Below, one piece after another: positions 15,001 through 29,387 of a stretch of 64,000 nt of DNA. Made by a program: the position numbers and the translations under genes. The notes beneath the pieces are model-generated. The model saw nothing but the letters and a program-made list of their open reading frames with translations, searched no databases and was not told where the DNA came from. The DNA comes from Eledone cirrhosa (lineage: Eukaryota): positions 376,650,001 to 376,714,000 of the forward strand of contig OZ024741.1 in assembly GCA_964016885.1 (NCBI GenBank), in the 5' to 3' direction. Every line of letters starts with the position of its first letter. Positions within the stretch are counted from its first letter, which is position 1.

Positions 15001-18000
15001 CTATACTTCTCATTTATACTTATACTCGGATTCTTTTCATAGAGTGCTTAAACTATCTGTTACTAATCCCGTTTTTTAAAATAAAAACTGATAATTATTG
15101 CTATTTGCTGAACTCCATTTGTAGAGTTTTTTTCAGAATGTATTTGACTGCTATTTCTTGTAAATAAACATTCACTTTCATCCTGACGTCACTAGCCCCG
15201 TTTTTCCTCATGTGTGTTTTCATATTCACGCATGATGGCGAACTAGCCAGTTTTAGAATTCCCTTTTCGGATTATAATACTGACGTAGCCCTGGTTTCTG
15301 TTGAGCTCTGCTGACGATTGAAATCCAACCGTGACCATCTCCACTGAAAGTTTTCATGAAATAGTCTTTTAAGACTATACAGAGAATTTGATGTTATTCC
15401 AAATTGAAGGATAAGTGTTTTAAACTTTATTTTATCATGAGTTAAAGGTCTATTGATTTTACCCTGGATTTCACTAAATTCTGTGGATGAATTTGTATCC
15501 TGATTCTCTTTTGAGATGAGTTTGAATTATTTTTCCTAAATCTTACGTTAGCTACTTTTCCCATCTTGACGTTATAGTCGCATATATGTTATAGAATACT
15601 ATTAGCTTCTCGCTAAAACAATCTCTATACCTCTCATTTATACTTACACTCGGATTCTTTTCCTAGAGTGCTTAAACTATCTGTGACTAATCCTGGTTTT
15701 TATTAAAAACTGTGATAATTATTGCTATTTGCCGAACTCCTTTTGTAGAGTTTTTTTCAGCATGTATTTGACTGCTATTTCTTGTAAATAAACATTCACT
15801 TTCATCCTGACGTCACTAGCCGCGTTATTCCTTATGTGTGTTTTCATATTCACGCATGATGGTGAACTAGCCAGTTTTAGAATTCCCTTTTCGGATTTTA
15901 TTACTGTGGTAGCCCTGGTTTCTGTTGAGCTCTGCTGACGATTGAAATCGAACCCTGACCTCTCCACTGAAAGTTTTCATGAAATAGTCTTTTAAGTCTA
16001 TACAGAGCATTTGATGTTATTCCAAATTGAAGGATAAGTGTTTTAAACTTTATTTTATCATGAGTTAAAGGTCCCTTGATTTTTCCCTGGATTTCACTAA
16101 ATTCTGTGGATGAATTTGTATCCTGATTCTCTTTTGAGATGAGTTTGAATTATTTTTCCTAAATCTTACGTTAACTACTTTTCCCATCTTGACGTTATAG
16201 TCGCATATATGTTATAGAATACTGTTAGATTCTCGCTAAAACAATCTCTATACCTCTCATTTATACTTATACTCGGATTCTTTTCCTAGAGTGCTTAAAC
16301 TATCTGTGACTAATCCTGGTTTTTTTTTTAAAATGTGATAATTATTGCTATTTGCTGAACTCCTTTTGTAGAGTTTTTTTCAGAATGTATTTGACTGCTA
16401 TTTCTTGTAAATAAACATTCACTTTCATCCTGACGTCACTGGCCCCGTTTTTCCTCATGTGTGTTTTCATATTCACGCATGATGGCGAACTAGCCATTTT
16501 TTGAATTCCCTTTTCGGATTATAATACTGTGGTAGCCCTGGTTTCTGTTGAGCTCTGCTGACGATTGAAATCCAACCGAGACCATCTCCACTGAATGTTT
16601 TCATGAAACAGTCTTTTAAGACTATGCAGAGCATTTGATGTTATTCAAAATTGAAGGATAAGTGTTTTAAACTTTATTTTATCATGAGTTAAAGGTCTAA
16701 TGATTTTTTCCTTGGATTTCACTAAATTCTGTGGATGAATTTGTATCCTGATTCTCTTTTGAGATGAGTTTGAATTATTTTTCCTAAATCTTACGTTAAC
16801 TACTTTTCCCATCTTGACGTTATAGTCGCATATATGTTATAGAATACTATTAGCTTCTCGCTAAAACAATCTCTATACCTCTCATTTATACTTATAATCG
16901 GATTATTTTCCTAGAGTGCTTAAACTATCTGTGACTAATCCCGTTTTTTTTAATAAAAACTGATAATTATTTCTATTGGCTGAACTCCTTTTGTAGAGTT
17001 TATTTCAGAACGTATTTGACTGCTATTTCTTGTAAATAAACATTCACTTTCATCCTGAGGTCACCAGCCGATTTTTTCCTCATGTGTATTTTCATATTCA
17101 CGCATGATGGCGAACTAGCAAGTTTTAGAATTCCCTTTTCGGATTATAATACTGTGGTAGCCCTGGTTTCTGTTGAGCTCTGCTGACGATTGAAATCCAA
17201 CCGTGACCATCTCCACTGAAAGTTATCATGAAATAGTCTTTTAAGTCTATACAGAGCATTTGATGTTATTCCAAATTGAAGGATAAGTGTTTTAAACTTT
17301 ATTTTATCATGAGATAAAGGTCCCTTGATTTTTCCCTGGATTTCACTAAATTCTGTGGATGAATTTGTATCCTGATTCTCTTTTGAGATGAGTTTGAATT
17401 ATTTTTCCTAAATCTTACGTTAACTACTTTTCCCATCTTGACGTTATAGTCGCATATATGTTATAGAATACTATTAGCTTCTCGCTAAAACAATCTCTAT
17501 ACCTCTCATTTATACTTATAATCGGATTATTTTCCTAGAGTGCTTAAACTATGTGTGATTGATCCCGTTTTTTTTAATAAAAACTGATAATTATTGCTAT
17601 TGGCTGAACTCCTTTTGTAGAGTTTATTTCAGAATGTATTTGACTGCTATTTCTTGTAAATAAATATTCACTTTCATCCTGAGGTCACTAGCCGATTTTT
17701 TCCTCATGTGTGTTTTCATATTCACGCATGATGGCGAACTAGCCAGTTTTAGAATTCCCTTTTCGGATTATAATACTGTGGTAGCCCTGGTTTCTGTTGA
17801 GCTCTGCTGACGATTGAAATCCAACCGTGACCATCTCCACTGAAAGTTATCATGAAATAGTCTTTTAAGTCTATACAGAGCATTTGATGTTATTCCAAAT
17901 TGAAGGATAAGTGTTTTAAAATTTATTTTATCATGAGATAAAGGTCCCTTGATTTTTCCCTGGATTTCACTAAATTCTGTGGATGAATTTGTATCCTGAT

Positions 18001-21000
18001 TCTCTTTTGAGATGAGTTTGAATTATTTTTCCTAAAGCTTACGTTAACTAATTTTCCCATCTTGACGTTATAGTCGCATATATGTTATAGAATACTATTA
18101 GCTTCTCGCTAAATCAACCTCTATACTTCTCATTTATACTTATACTCGGATTCTTTTTCTAGAGTGGTTAAACTATCTGTGATTAATCCCGGTTTTTTTA
18201 TAAAAACTGTGATAATTATTGCTATTTGCTGAACTCCTTTTGTAGAGTTTTTTTTCAGAATGTATTTGACTGCTATTTCTTGTAAATAAACATTCACTTT
18301 CATCCTGACGTCACTAGCCCCGTTTTTCCTCATGTGTGTTTTCATATTCACGCATGATGGCGAACTAGCCAGTTTTAGAATTCCCTTTTCGGATTATAAT
18401 ACTGACGTAGCCCTGGTTTCTGTTGAGCTCTGCTGACGATTGAAATCCAACCGTGACCATCTCCACTGAAAGTTTTCATGAAATAGTCTTTTAAGACTAT
18501 ACAGAGCATTTGATGTTATTCCAAATTGAAGGATAAGTGTTTTAAACTTTATTTTATCATGAGTTAAAGGTCTATTGATTTTACCCTGGATTTCACTAAA
18601 TTCTGTGGATGAATTTGTATCCTGATTCTCTTTTGAGATGAGTTTGAATTATTTTTCCTAAATCTTACGTTAACTACTTTTCCCATCTTGACGTTATAGT
18701 CGCATATATATTATAGAATACTATTAGCTTCTCGCTAAAACAATCTCTATACCTCTCATTTATACTTACACTCGGATTCTTTTCCTAGAGTGCTTAAACT
18801 ATCTGTGACTAATCCTGGTTTTTTATTAAAAACTGTGATAATTATTGCTATTTGCCGAACTCCTTTTGTAGAGTTTTTTTCAGAATGTATTTGACTGCTA
18901 TTTCTTGAAAATAAACATTCACTTTCATCCTGACGTCACTAGCCCCGTTATTCCTTATGTGTGTTTTCATATTCACGCATGATGGCGAACTAGCCAGTTT
19001 TAGAATTCCCTTTTCGGATTTTATTACTGTGGTAGCCCTGGTTTCTGTTGTGCTCTGCTGACGATTGAAATCGAACCCTGACCTCTCCACTGAAAGTTTT
19101 CATGAAATAGTCTTTTAAGTCTATACAGAGCATTTGATGTTATTCCAAATTGAAGGATAAGTGTTTTAAACTTTATTTTATCATGAGTTAAAGGTCCCTT
19201 GATTTTTCCCTGGATTTCACTAAATTCTGTGGATGAATTTGTATCCTGATTCTCTTTTGAGATGAGTTTGAATTATTTTTCCTAAATCTTACGTTAACTA
19301 CTTTTCCCATCTTGACGTTATAGTCGCATATATGTTATAGAATACTATTAGCTTCTCGCTAAAACAATCTCTATACCTCTCATTTATACTTATACTCGGA
19401 TTCTTTTCCTAGAGTTCTTAAACTATCTGTGACTAATCCCGGTTTTTTAATAAAAACTGATATTTATTGCTATTTGCTGAACTCCTTTTGTAGAGTTTTT
19501 TTCAGAATGAATTTGACTGCTATTTCTTGTAAATAAACATTCACTTTCATCCTGACGTCACTAGCCCCGTTTTTCCTCATGTGTGTTTTCATATTCACGC
19601 ATGATGGCGAACTAGCCAGTTTTAGAATTCCCTTTTCGGATTATAATACTGACGTAGCCCTGGTTTCTGTTGAGCTCTGCTGACGATTGAAATCCAACCG
19701 AGACCATCTCCACTGAAAGTTTTCATGAAACAGTCTTTTAAGACTATGCAGAGCATTTGATGTTATTCCAAATTGAAGGATAAGTGTTTTAAATTTTATT
19801 TTATCATGATTTAAAGGTCTATTAATTTTTCCCTGGATTTTACTAAATTCTGTGGATGAATTTGTATCCTGATTCTCTTTTGAGATGAGTTTGAATTATT
19901 TTTCCTAAATCTTACGTTAACTGCTTTTCCCATCTTGACGTTATAGTCGCCTATAGGTTATAGAATACTATTAGCTTCTCGCTAAATCAATCTCTATACT
20001 TCTCATTTATACTTATACTCGGATTCTTTTCATAGAGTGCTTAAACTATCTGTTACTAATCCCGTTTTTTAAAATAAAAACTGATAATTATTGCTATTTG
20101 CTGAACTCCATTTGTAGAGTTTTTTTCAGAATGTATTTGACTGCTATTTCTTGTAAATAAACATTCACTTTCATCCTGACGTCACTAGCCCCGTTTTTCC
20201 TCATGTGTGTTTTCATATTCACGCATGATGGCGAACTAGCCAGTTTTAGAATTCCCTTTTCGGATTATAATACTGACGTAGCCCTGGTTTCTGTTGAGCT
20301 CTGCTGACGATTGAAATCCAACCGTGACCATCTCCACTGAAAGTTTTCATGAAATAGTCTTTTAAGACTATACAGAGAATTTGATGTTATTCCAAATTGA
20401 AGGATAAGTGTTTTAAACTTTATTTTATCATGAGTTAAAGGTCTATTGATTTTACCCTGGATTTCACTAAATTCTGTGGATGAATTTGTATCCTGATTCT
20501 CTTTTGAGATGAGTTTGAATTATTTTTCCTAAATCTTACGTTAGCTACTTTTCCCATCTTGACGTTATAGTCGCATATATGTTATAGAATACTATTAGCT
20601 TCTCGCTAAAACAATCTCTATACCTCTCATTTATACTTACACTCGGATTCTTTTCCTAGAGTGCTTAAACTATCTGTGACTAATCCTGGTTTTTATTAAA
20701 AACTGTGATAATTATTGCTATTTGCCGAACTCCTTTTGTAGAGTTTTTTTCAGCATGTATTTGACTGCTATTTCTTGTAAATAAACATTCACTTTCATCC
20801 TGACGTCACTAGCCGCGTTATTCCTTATGTGTGTTTTCATATTCACGCATGATGGTGAACTAGCCAGTTTTAGAATTCCCTTTTCGGATTTTATTACTGT
20901 GGTAGCCCTGGTTTCTGTTGAGCTCTGCTGACGATTGAAATCGAACCCTGACCTCTCCACTGAAAGTTTTCATGAAATAGTCTTTTAAGTCTATACAGAG

Positions 21001-24000
21001 CATTTGATGTTATTCCAAATTGAAGGATAAGTGTTTTAAACTTTATTTTATCATGAGTTAAAGGTCCCTTGATTTTTCCCTGGATTTCACTAAATTCTGT
21101 GGATGAATTTGTATCCTGATTCTCTTTTGAGATGAGTTTGAATTATTTTTCCTAAATCTTACGTTAACTACTTTTCCCATCTTGACGTTATAGTCGCATA
21201 TATGTTATAGAATACTGTTAGATTCTCGCTAAAACAATCTCTATACCTCTCATTTATACTTATACTCGGATTCTTTTCCTAGAGTGCTTAAACTATCTGT
21301 GACTAATCCTGGTTTTTTTTTTAAAATGTGATAATTATTGCTATTTGCTGAACTCCTTTTGTAGAGTTTTTTTCAGAATGTATTTGACTGCTATTTCTTG
21401 TAAATAAACATTCACTTTCATCCTGACGTCACTGGCCCCGTTTTTCCTCATGTGTGTTTTCATATTCACGCATGATGGCGAACTAGCCATTTTTTGAATT
21501 CCCTTTTCGGATTATAATACTGTGTTAGCCCTGGTTTCTGTTGAGCTCTGCTGACGATTGAAATCCAACCGAGACCATCTCCACTGAATGTTTTCATGAA
21601 ACAGTCTTTTAAGACTATGCAGAGCATTTGATGTTATTCAAAATTGAAGGATAAGTGTTTTAAACTTTATTTTATCATGAGTTAAAGGTCTAATGATTTT
21701 TTCCTTGGATTTCACTAAATTCTGTGGATGAATTTGTATCCTGATTCTCTTTTGAGATGAGTTTGAATTATTTTTCCTAAATCTTACGTTAACTACTTTT
21801 CCCATCTTGACGTTATAGTCGCATATATGTTATAGAATACTATTAGCTTCTCGCTAAAACAATCTCTATACCTCTCATTTATACTTATAATCGGATTATT
21901 TTCCTAGAGTGCTTAAACTATCTGTGACTAATCCCGTTTTTTTTAATAAAAACTGATAATTATTTCTATTGGCTGAACTCCTTTTGTAGAGTTTATTTCA
22001 GAACGTATTTGACTGCTATTTCTTGTAAATAAACATTCACTTTCATCCTGAGGTCACCAGCCGATTTTTTCCTCATGTGTATTTTCATATTCACGCATGA
22101 TGGCGAACTAGCAAGTTTTAGAATTCCCTTTTCGGATTATAATACTGTGGTAGCCCTGGTTTCTGTTGAGCTCTGCTGACGATTGAAATCCAACCGTGAC
22201 CATCTCCACTGAAAGTTATCATGAAATAGTCTTTTAAGTCTATACAGAGCATTTGATGTTATTCCAAATTGAAGGATAAGTGTTTTAAACTTTATTTTAT
22301 CATGAGATAAAGGTCCCTTGATTTTTCCCTGGATTTCACTAAATTCTGTGGATGAATTTGTATCCTGATTCTCTTTTGAGATGAGTTTGAATTATTTTTC
22401 CTAAATCTTACGTTAACTACTTTTCCCATCTTGACGTTATAGTCGCATATATGTTATAGAATACTATTAGCTTCTCGCTAAAACAATCTCTATACCTCTC
22501 ATTTATACTTATAATCGGATTATTTTCCTAGAGTGCTTAAACTATGTGTGATTGATCCCGTTTTTTTTAATAAAAACTGATAATTATTGCTATTGGCTGA
22601 ACTCCTTTTGTAGAGTTTATTTCAGAATGTATTTGACTGCTATTTCTTGTAAATAAATATTCACTTTCATCCTGAGGTCACTAGCCGATTTTTTCCTCAT
22701 GTGTGTTTTCATATTCACGCATGATGGCGAACTAGCCAGTTTTAGAATTCCCTTTTCGGATTATAATACTGTGGTAGCCCTGGTTTCTGTTGAGCTCTGC
22801 TGACGATTGAAATCCAACCGTGACCATCTCCACTGAAAGTTATCATGAAATAGTCTTTTAAGTCTATACAGAGCATTTGATGTTATTCCAAATTGAAGGA
22901 TAAGTGTTTTAAAATTTATTTTATCATGAGATAAAGGTCCCTTGATTTTTCCCTGGATTTCACTAAATTCTGTGGATGAATTTGTATCCTGATTCTCTTT
23001 TGAGATGAGTTTGAATTATTTTTCCTAAATCTTACGTTAACTACTTTTCCCATCTTGACGTTATAGTCGCATATATGTTATAGAATACTGTTAGATTCTC
23101 GCTAAAACAATCTCTATACCTCTCATTTATACTTATACTCGGATTCTTTTCCTAGAGTGCTTAAACTATCTGTGACTAATCCTGGTTTTTTTTTTTAAAT
23201 GTGATAATTATTGCTATTTGCTGAACTCCTTTTGTAGAGTTTTTTTCAGAATGTATTTGACTGCTATTTCTTGTAAATAAACATTCACTTTCATCCTGAC
23301 GTCACTGGCCCCGTTTTTCCTCATGTGTGTTTTCATATTCACGCATGATGGCGAACTAGCCATTTTTTGAATTCCCTTTTCGGATTATAATACTGTGGTA
23401 GCCCTGGTTTCTGTTGAGCTCTGCTGACGATTGAAATCCAACCGAGACCATCTCCACTGAATGTTTTCATGAAACAGTCTTTTAAGACTATGCAGAGCAT
23501 TTGATGTTATTCAAAATTGAAGGATAAGTGTTTTAAACTTTATTTTATCATGAGTTAAAGGTCTAATGATTTTTTCCTTGGATTTCACTAAATTCTGTGG
23601 ATGAATTTGTATCCTGATTCTCTTTTGAGATGAGTTTGAATTATTTTTCCTAAATCTTACTTTAACTACTTTTCCCATCTTGACGTTATAGTAGCATATA
23701 TGTTATAGAATACTATTAGCTTCTCGCTAAAACAATCTCTATACCTCTCATTTATACTTATAATCGGATTATTTTCCTAGAGTGCTTAAACTATCTGTGA
23801 CTAATCCCGTTTTTTTAAATAAAAACTGATAATTATTGCTATTGGCTGAACTCCTTTTGTAGAGTTTATTTCAGAACGTATTTGACTGCTATTTCTTGTA
23901 AATAAACATTCACTTTCATCCTGAGGTCACCAGCCGATTTTTTCCTCATGTGTATTTTCATATTCACGCATGATGGCGAACTAGCCAGTTTTAGAATTCC

Positions 24001-27000
24001 CTTTTCGGATTATAATACTGTGGTAGCCCTGGTTTCTGTTGAGCTCTGCTGACGATTGAAATCCAACCGTGACCATCTCCACTGAAACTTTTCATGAAAT
24101 AGTCTTTTAATATTATACAGAGCATCTGATGCTATTCCAAGTTGAAGGATAAGTGTTTTAAACTTTATTTTATCATGAGTCAAAGGTCCATTGATTTTCC
24201 CCTGGATTTCACTAAATTCTGTGGATGAATTTGTATCCTGATTCTCTTTTGAGATGAGTTTGAATTATTTTTCCTAAATCTTCCGTTAACTACTTTTCCT
24301 ATCTTGACGTTATAGTCGCATATATGTTATAGAATACTATTAGCTTCTCGCTAAAACAATCTCTATACCTCTCATTTACACTTATACTCGGATTCTTTTC
24401 CTAGAGTGCTTAAACTATGTGTGATTGATCCCGTTTTTTTTAATAAAAACTGATAATTATTGCTATTGGCTGAACTCCTTTTGTAGAGTTTATTTCAGAA
24501 TGTATTTGACTGCTATTTCTTGTAAATAAATATTCACTTTCATCCTGAGGTCACTAGCCGATTTTTTCCTCATGTGTGTTTTCATATTCACGCATGATGG
24601 CGAACTAGCCAGTTTTAGAATTCCCTTTTCGGATTATAATACTGTGGTAGCCCTGGTTTCTGTTGAGCTCTGCTGACGATTGAAATCCAACCGTGACCAT
24701 CTCCACTGAAAGTTATCATGAAATAGTCTTTTAAGATTATACAGAGCATTTGATGTTATTCCAAATTGAAGGATAAGTGTTTTAAACATTATTTTATCAT
24801 GAGTTAAAGGTCTATTGATTTTTCCCTGGATTTCACTAAATTCTGTGGATGAATTTGTATCCTGATTCTCTTTTGAGATGAGTTTGAATTATTTTTCCTA
24901 AATCTTACGTTAACTACTTTTCCCATCTTGACGTTATAGTCGCATATATGTTATATAATACTGTTAGCTTCTCGCTAAAACAATCTCTATACCTCTCATT
25001 TATACTTATACTCGGATTCTTTTCCTAGAGTGCTTAAACTATCTGTGACTAATCCCTGTTTTTTTTATAAAAAGTGTGATAATTATTGCTATTTGCTGAA
25101 CTCCTTATGTAGAGTTTTTTCAGAATGTATTTGACTGCTTTTTATTGTAAATAAACATTCACTTTCATCCTGACGTCACTGGCCCCGTTTACCCTCATGT
25201 GTGTTTTCATATTCACGCATGATGGCGAACTAGCCAGTTTTAGAATTCCCTTTTCGGATTATAATACTGTGGTAGCCCTGGTTTCTGTTGAGCTCTGCTG
25301 ACGATTGAAATCCAACCGAGACCATCTCCACTGAAAGTTTTCATGAAACAGTCTTTTAAGACTATGCAGAGCATTTGATGTTATTCAAAATTGAAGGATA
25401 AGTGTTTTAAACTTTATTTTATCATGAGTTAAAGGTCTATTGATTTTTTCCTTGGATTTCACTAAATTCTTTGGAAGAATTTGTATCCTGATTCTCTTTT
25501 GAGATGAGTTTGAATTATTTTTCCTAAATCTTACGTTAACTACTTTTCCCATCTTGACGTTATAGTCGCATATATGTTATAGAATACTATTAGCTTCTCG
25601 CTAAAACAAACTCTATACCTCTCATTTATACTTATAATCGGATTCTTTTCATAGAGTGCTTAAACTATCTGTGACTAATCCCGTTTTTTTAATGAAAACT
25701 GATAATTATTGCTATTGGCTGAACTCCTTTTGTAGAGTTTATTTCAGAATGTATTTGACTGCTATTTCTTGTAAATAAACATTCACTTTCATCCTGACGT
25801 CACTAGCCCATTTTTTCCTCATGTGTGTTTTCATATTCACGCATGATGGCGAACTAGCCAGTTTTAGAATTCCCTTTTCGGATTATAATACTGTGGTAGC
25901 CCTGGTTTCTGTTGAGCTCTGCTGACGATTGAAATCCAACCGTGACCTCTCCACTGAAAGTTTTCATGAAATAGTCTTTTAAGACTATACGGAGCATTTG
26001 ATGTTATTCCAAATTGAAGGATAAGTGTTTTAAACTTTATTTTATCATGAGTTAAAGGTCTATTAATTTTTCCTTGGATTTCACTAAATTCCGTGGATGA
26101 ATTTGTATCCTGATTCTCTTTTGAGATGAGTTTGAATTATTTTTCCTAAATCTTACGTTAACTACTTTTCCCATCTTGACATTATAGTCGCATATATGTT
26201 ATAGAATACTATTAGCTTCTCGCTAAAACAATCTCTATACCTCTCATTTACACTTATACTCGGATTCTTTTCCTAGAGTGCTTAAACTATCTGTGACTAA
26301 TCCCTGTTTTTTTTATAAAAAGTGTGATAATTATTGCTATTTGCTGAACTCCTTATGTAGAGTTTTTTCAGAATGTATTTGACTGCTATTTCTTGTAAAT
26401 AAGCATTCACCTTCATCCTGACGTCACTAGCCCCGTGTTTCCTCATGTTTGTTTTCATATTCACGCATGATGGCGAACTAGCCAGTTTTAGAATTCCCTT
26501 TTCGGATTATAATACTGTGGTAGCCCTGGTTTCTGTTGAGCTCTGCTGACGATTGAAATCCAACCGTGACCATCTCCACTGAAACTTTTCATGAAATAGT
26601 CTTTTAATATGATACAGAGCATCTGATGCTATTCCAAGTTGAAGGATAAGTGTTTTAAACTTTATTTTATCATGAGTTAAAGGTCCATTGATTTTCCCCT
26701 GGATTTCACTAAATTCTGTGGATGAATTTGTATCCTGATTCTCTTTTGAGATGAGTTTGAATTATTTTTCCTAAATCTTCCGTTAACTACTTTTCCTATC
26801 TTGACGTTATAGTCGCATATATGTTATAGAATACTATTAGCTTCTCGCTAAAACAATCTCTATACCTCTCATTTACACTCATACTCGGATTCTTTTCCTA
26901 GAGTGCTTAAACTATCTGTGACTAATCCCGTTTTTTTTAATAAAAACTGATAATTATTGCTATTGGCTGAACTCCTTATGTAGAGTTTATTTCAGAATGT

Positions 27001-29387
27001 ATTTGACTGCTATTTCTTGTAAATAAACATTCACTTTCATCCTGAGGTCACTAGCCGATTTTTTCCTCATGTGTGTTTTCATATTCACGCATGATGGCGA
27101 ACTAGCCAGTTTTAGAATTCCCTTTTCGGATTATAATACTGTGGTAGCCCTGGTTTCTGTTGAGCTCTGCTGACGATTGAAATCCAACCGTGACCTCTCC
27201 ACTGAAAGTTTTCATGAAATAGTCTTTTAAGACTATACAGAGCATTTGATGTTATTCCAAATTGAAGGATAAGTGTTTTAAACTTTATTTTATCATGAGT
27301 TAAAGGTCTATTAATTTTTCCTTGGATTTCACTAAATTCCGTGGATGAATTTGTATCCTGATTCTCTTTTGAGATGAGTTTGAATTATTTTTCCTAAATC
27401 TTACGTTAACTACTTTTCCCATCTTGACATTATAGTCGCATATATGTTATAGAATACTATTAGCTTCTCGCTAAAACAATCTCTATACCTCTCATTTACA
27501 CTTATACTCGGATTCTTTTCCTAGAGTGCTTAAACTATCTGTGACTAATCCCTGTTTTTTTTATAAAAAGTGTGATAATTATTGCTATTTGCTGAACTCC
27601 TTATGTAGAGTTTTTTCAGAATGTATTTGACTGCTATTTCTTGTAAATAAGCATTCACCTTCATCCTGACGTCACTAGCCCCGTGTTTCCTCATGTTTGT
27701 TTTCATATTCACGCATGATGGCGAACTAGCCAGTTTTAGAATTCCCTTTTCGGATTATAATAATGTGGTAGCCCTGGTTTTCTGTTGAGCTCTGCTGACG
27801 ATTGACATCCAAACGAGACCATCACCACTGAAAGTTTTCGTGAAATAGTCTTTTAAGACTATACAGAGCATTTGATGTTATTCCAAATTGAAGGATAAGT
27901 GTTTTAAACTTTATTTTATCATGAGTTAAAGGTCTATTGATTTTTCCCTGGATTTCACTAAATTCTGTGGATGAATTTGTATCCTGATTCTCTTTTGAGA
28001 TGAGTTTGAATTATTTTTCCTAAATCTTACGTTAACTACTTTTCCCATCTTGACGTTATAGTCGCATATATGTTATAGAATACTATTAGCTTCTCGCTAA
28101 AACAATCTCTATACCTCTCATTTATACTTATAATCGGATTATTTTCCTAGAGTGCTTAAACTATCTGTGACTAATCCCGTTTTTTTTAATAAAAACTGAT
28201 AATTATTGCTATTGGCTGAACTCCTTTTGTAGAGTTTATTTCAGAATGTATTTGACTGCTATTTCTTGTAAATAAACATTCACTTTCATCCTTAGGTCAC
28301 TAGCCGATTTTTTCCTCATGTGTGTTTTCATATTCACGCATGATGGCGAACTAGCCAGTTTTAGAATTCCCTTTTCCGATTATAATACTGTGGTAGCCCT
28401 GGTTTCTGTTGAGCTCTGCTGACGATTGAAATCCAACCGTGACCATCTCCACTGAAAGTTATCATGAAATAGTCTTTTAAGATTATACAGAGCATTTGAT
28501 GTTATTCCAAATTGAAGGATAAGTGTTTTAAACTTTATTTTATCATGAGTTAAAGGTCTATTGATTTTTCCCTGGATTTCACTAAATACTGTGGATGAAT
28601 TTGTATCCTGATTCTCTTTTGAGATGAGTTTGAATTATTTTTCCTAAATCTTACGTTAACTACTTTTCCCATCTTGACGTTATAGTCGCATATATGTTAT
28701 ATAATACTGTTAGCTTCTCGCTAAAACAATCTCTATACCTCTCATTTATACTTATACTCGGATTCTTTTCCTAGAGTGCTTAAACTATCTGTGACTAATC
28801 CCTGTTTTTTTTATAAAAAGTGTGATAATTATTGCTATTTGCTGAACTCCTTATGTAGAGTTTTTTCAGAATGTATTTGATTGCTATTTCTTGTAAATAA
28901 GCATTCACCTTCATCCTGACGTCACTAGCCCCGTGTTTCCTCATGTGTGTTTTCATATTCACGCATGATCGCGAACTAGCCAGTTTTAGAATTCCCTTTT
29001 CGGATTATAATATTGTGGTAGCCCTGTTTTCTGTTGAGCTCTGCTGAGGATTGACATCCATACGAGACCATCACCACTGAAAGTTTTCATGAAATAGTAT
29101 TTTAAGACTATACAGAGCATTTGATGTTATTCCAAATTGAAGGATAAGTGTTTTAAACTTTATTTTATCATGAGTTGAAGGTCTATTAATTTTTCCCTGG
29201 ATTTCACTAAATTCTGTGGATGAATTTGTATCCTGATTCTCTTTTGAGATGAATTTGAATTATTTTTCCTAAATCTTACGTTAACTACTTTTCCCATCTT
29301 GACGTTATAGTCGCATATATGTTATAGAATACTATTAGCTTCTCGCTAAAACAATCTCTATACCTCCCATTTATACTTATACTTATA
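1..29387 (+). repeat. Tandem satellite array, ~624-bp monomer, 47 full units plus ~70-bp partial unit; continues beyond the left window edge
   Basis: Marker TATATGTTATAGAATAC recurs at 1, 625, 1249, 1863, 2487, 3112 ... 28691, 29316. Units are nearly identical. The array ends at TTATAC-TTATAC-TTATAC near 29387. Confidence 0.99.
971..1051 (+). ncRNA. Type I hammerhead ribozyme motif (example from monomer 2; one per satellite monomer)
   Basis: Stem I GCTCTG(971-976)/CAGAGC(1046-1051); core CTGACGA 977-983; stem II TGAAA/TTTCA closed by U.U with a large loop; GAAA 1024-1027; 7-bp stem III ATAGTCT/AGACTAT with TTTA loop; NUH triplet AUA, predicted cut 3' of 1045. Confidence 0.85.

Noticed and set aside
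941-20960. Repeated short minus-strand ORFs in the satellite (MKLISKENQ..., MDFNRQQSS...)
   Set aside because: Frames open and close with homopolymer indels between units and show no recognisable domain. They are by-products of an A-rich strand.
1-29387. CRISPR-like or rDNA/snRNA gene array
   Set aside because: No unique spacers, no cas genes, and no recognisable rRNA, 5S, tRNA or snRNA sequence in the monomer.
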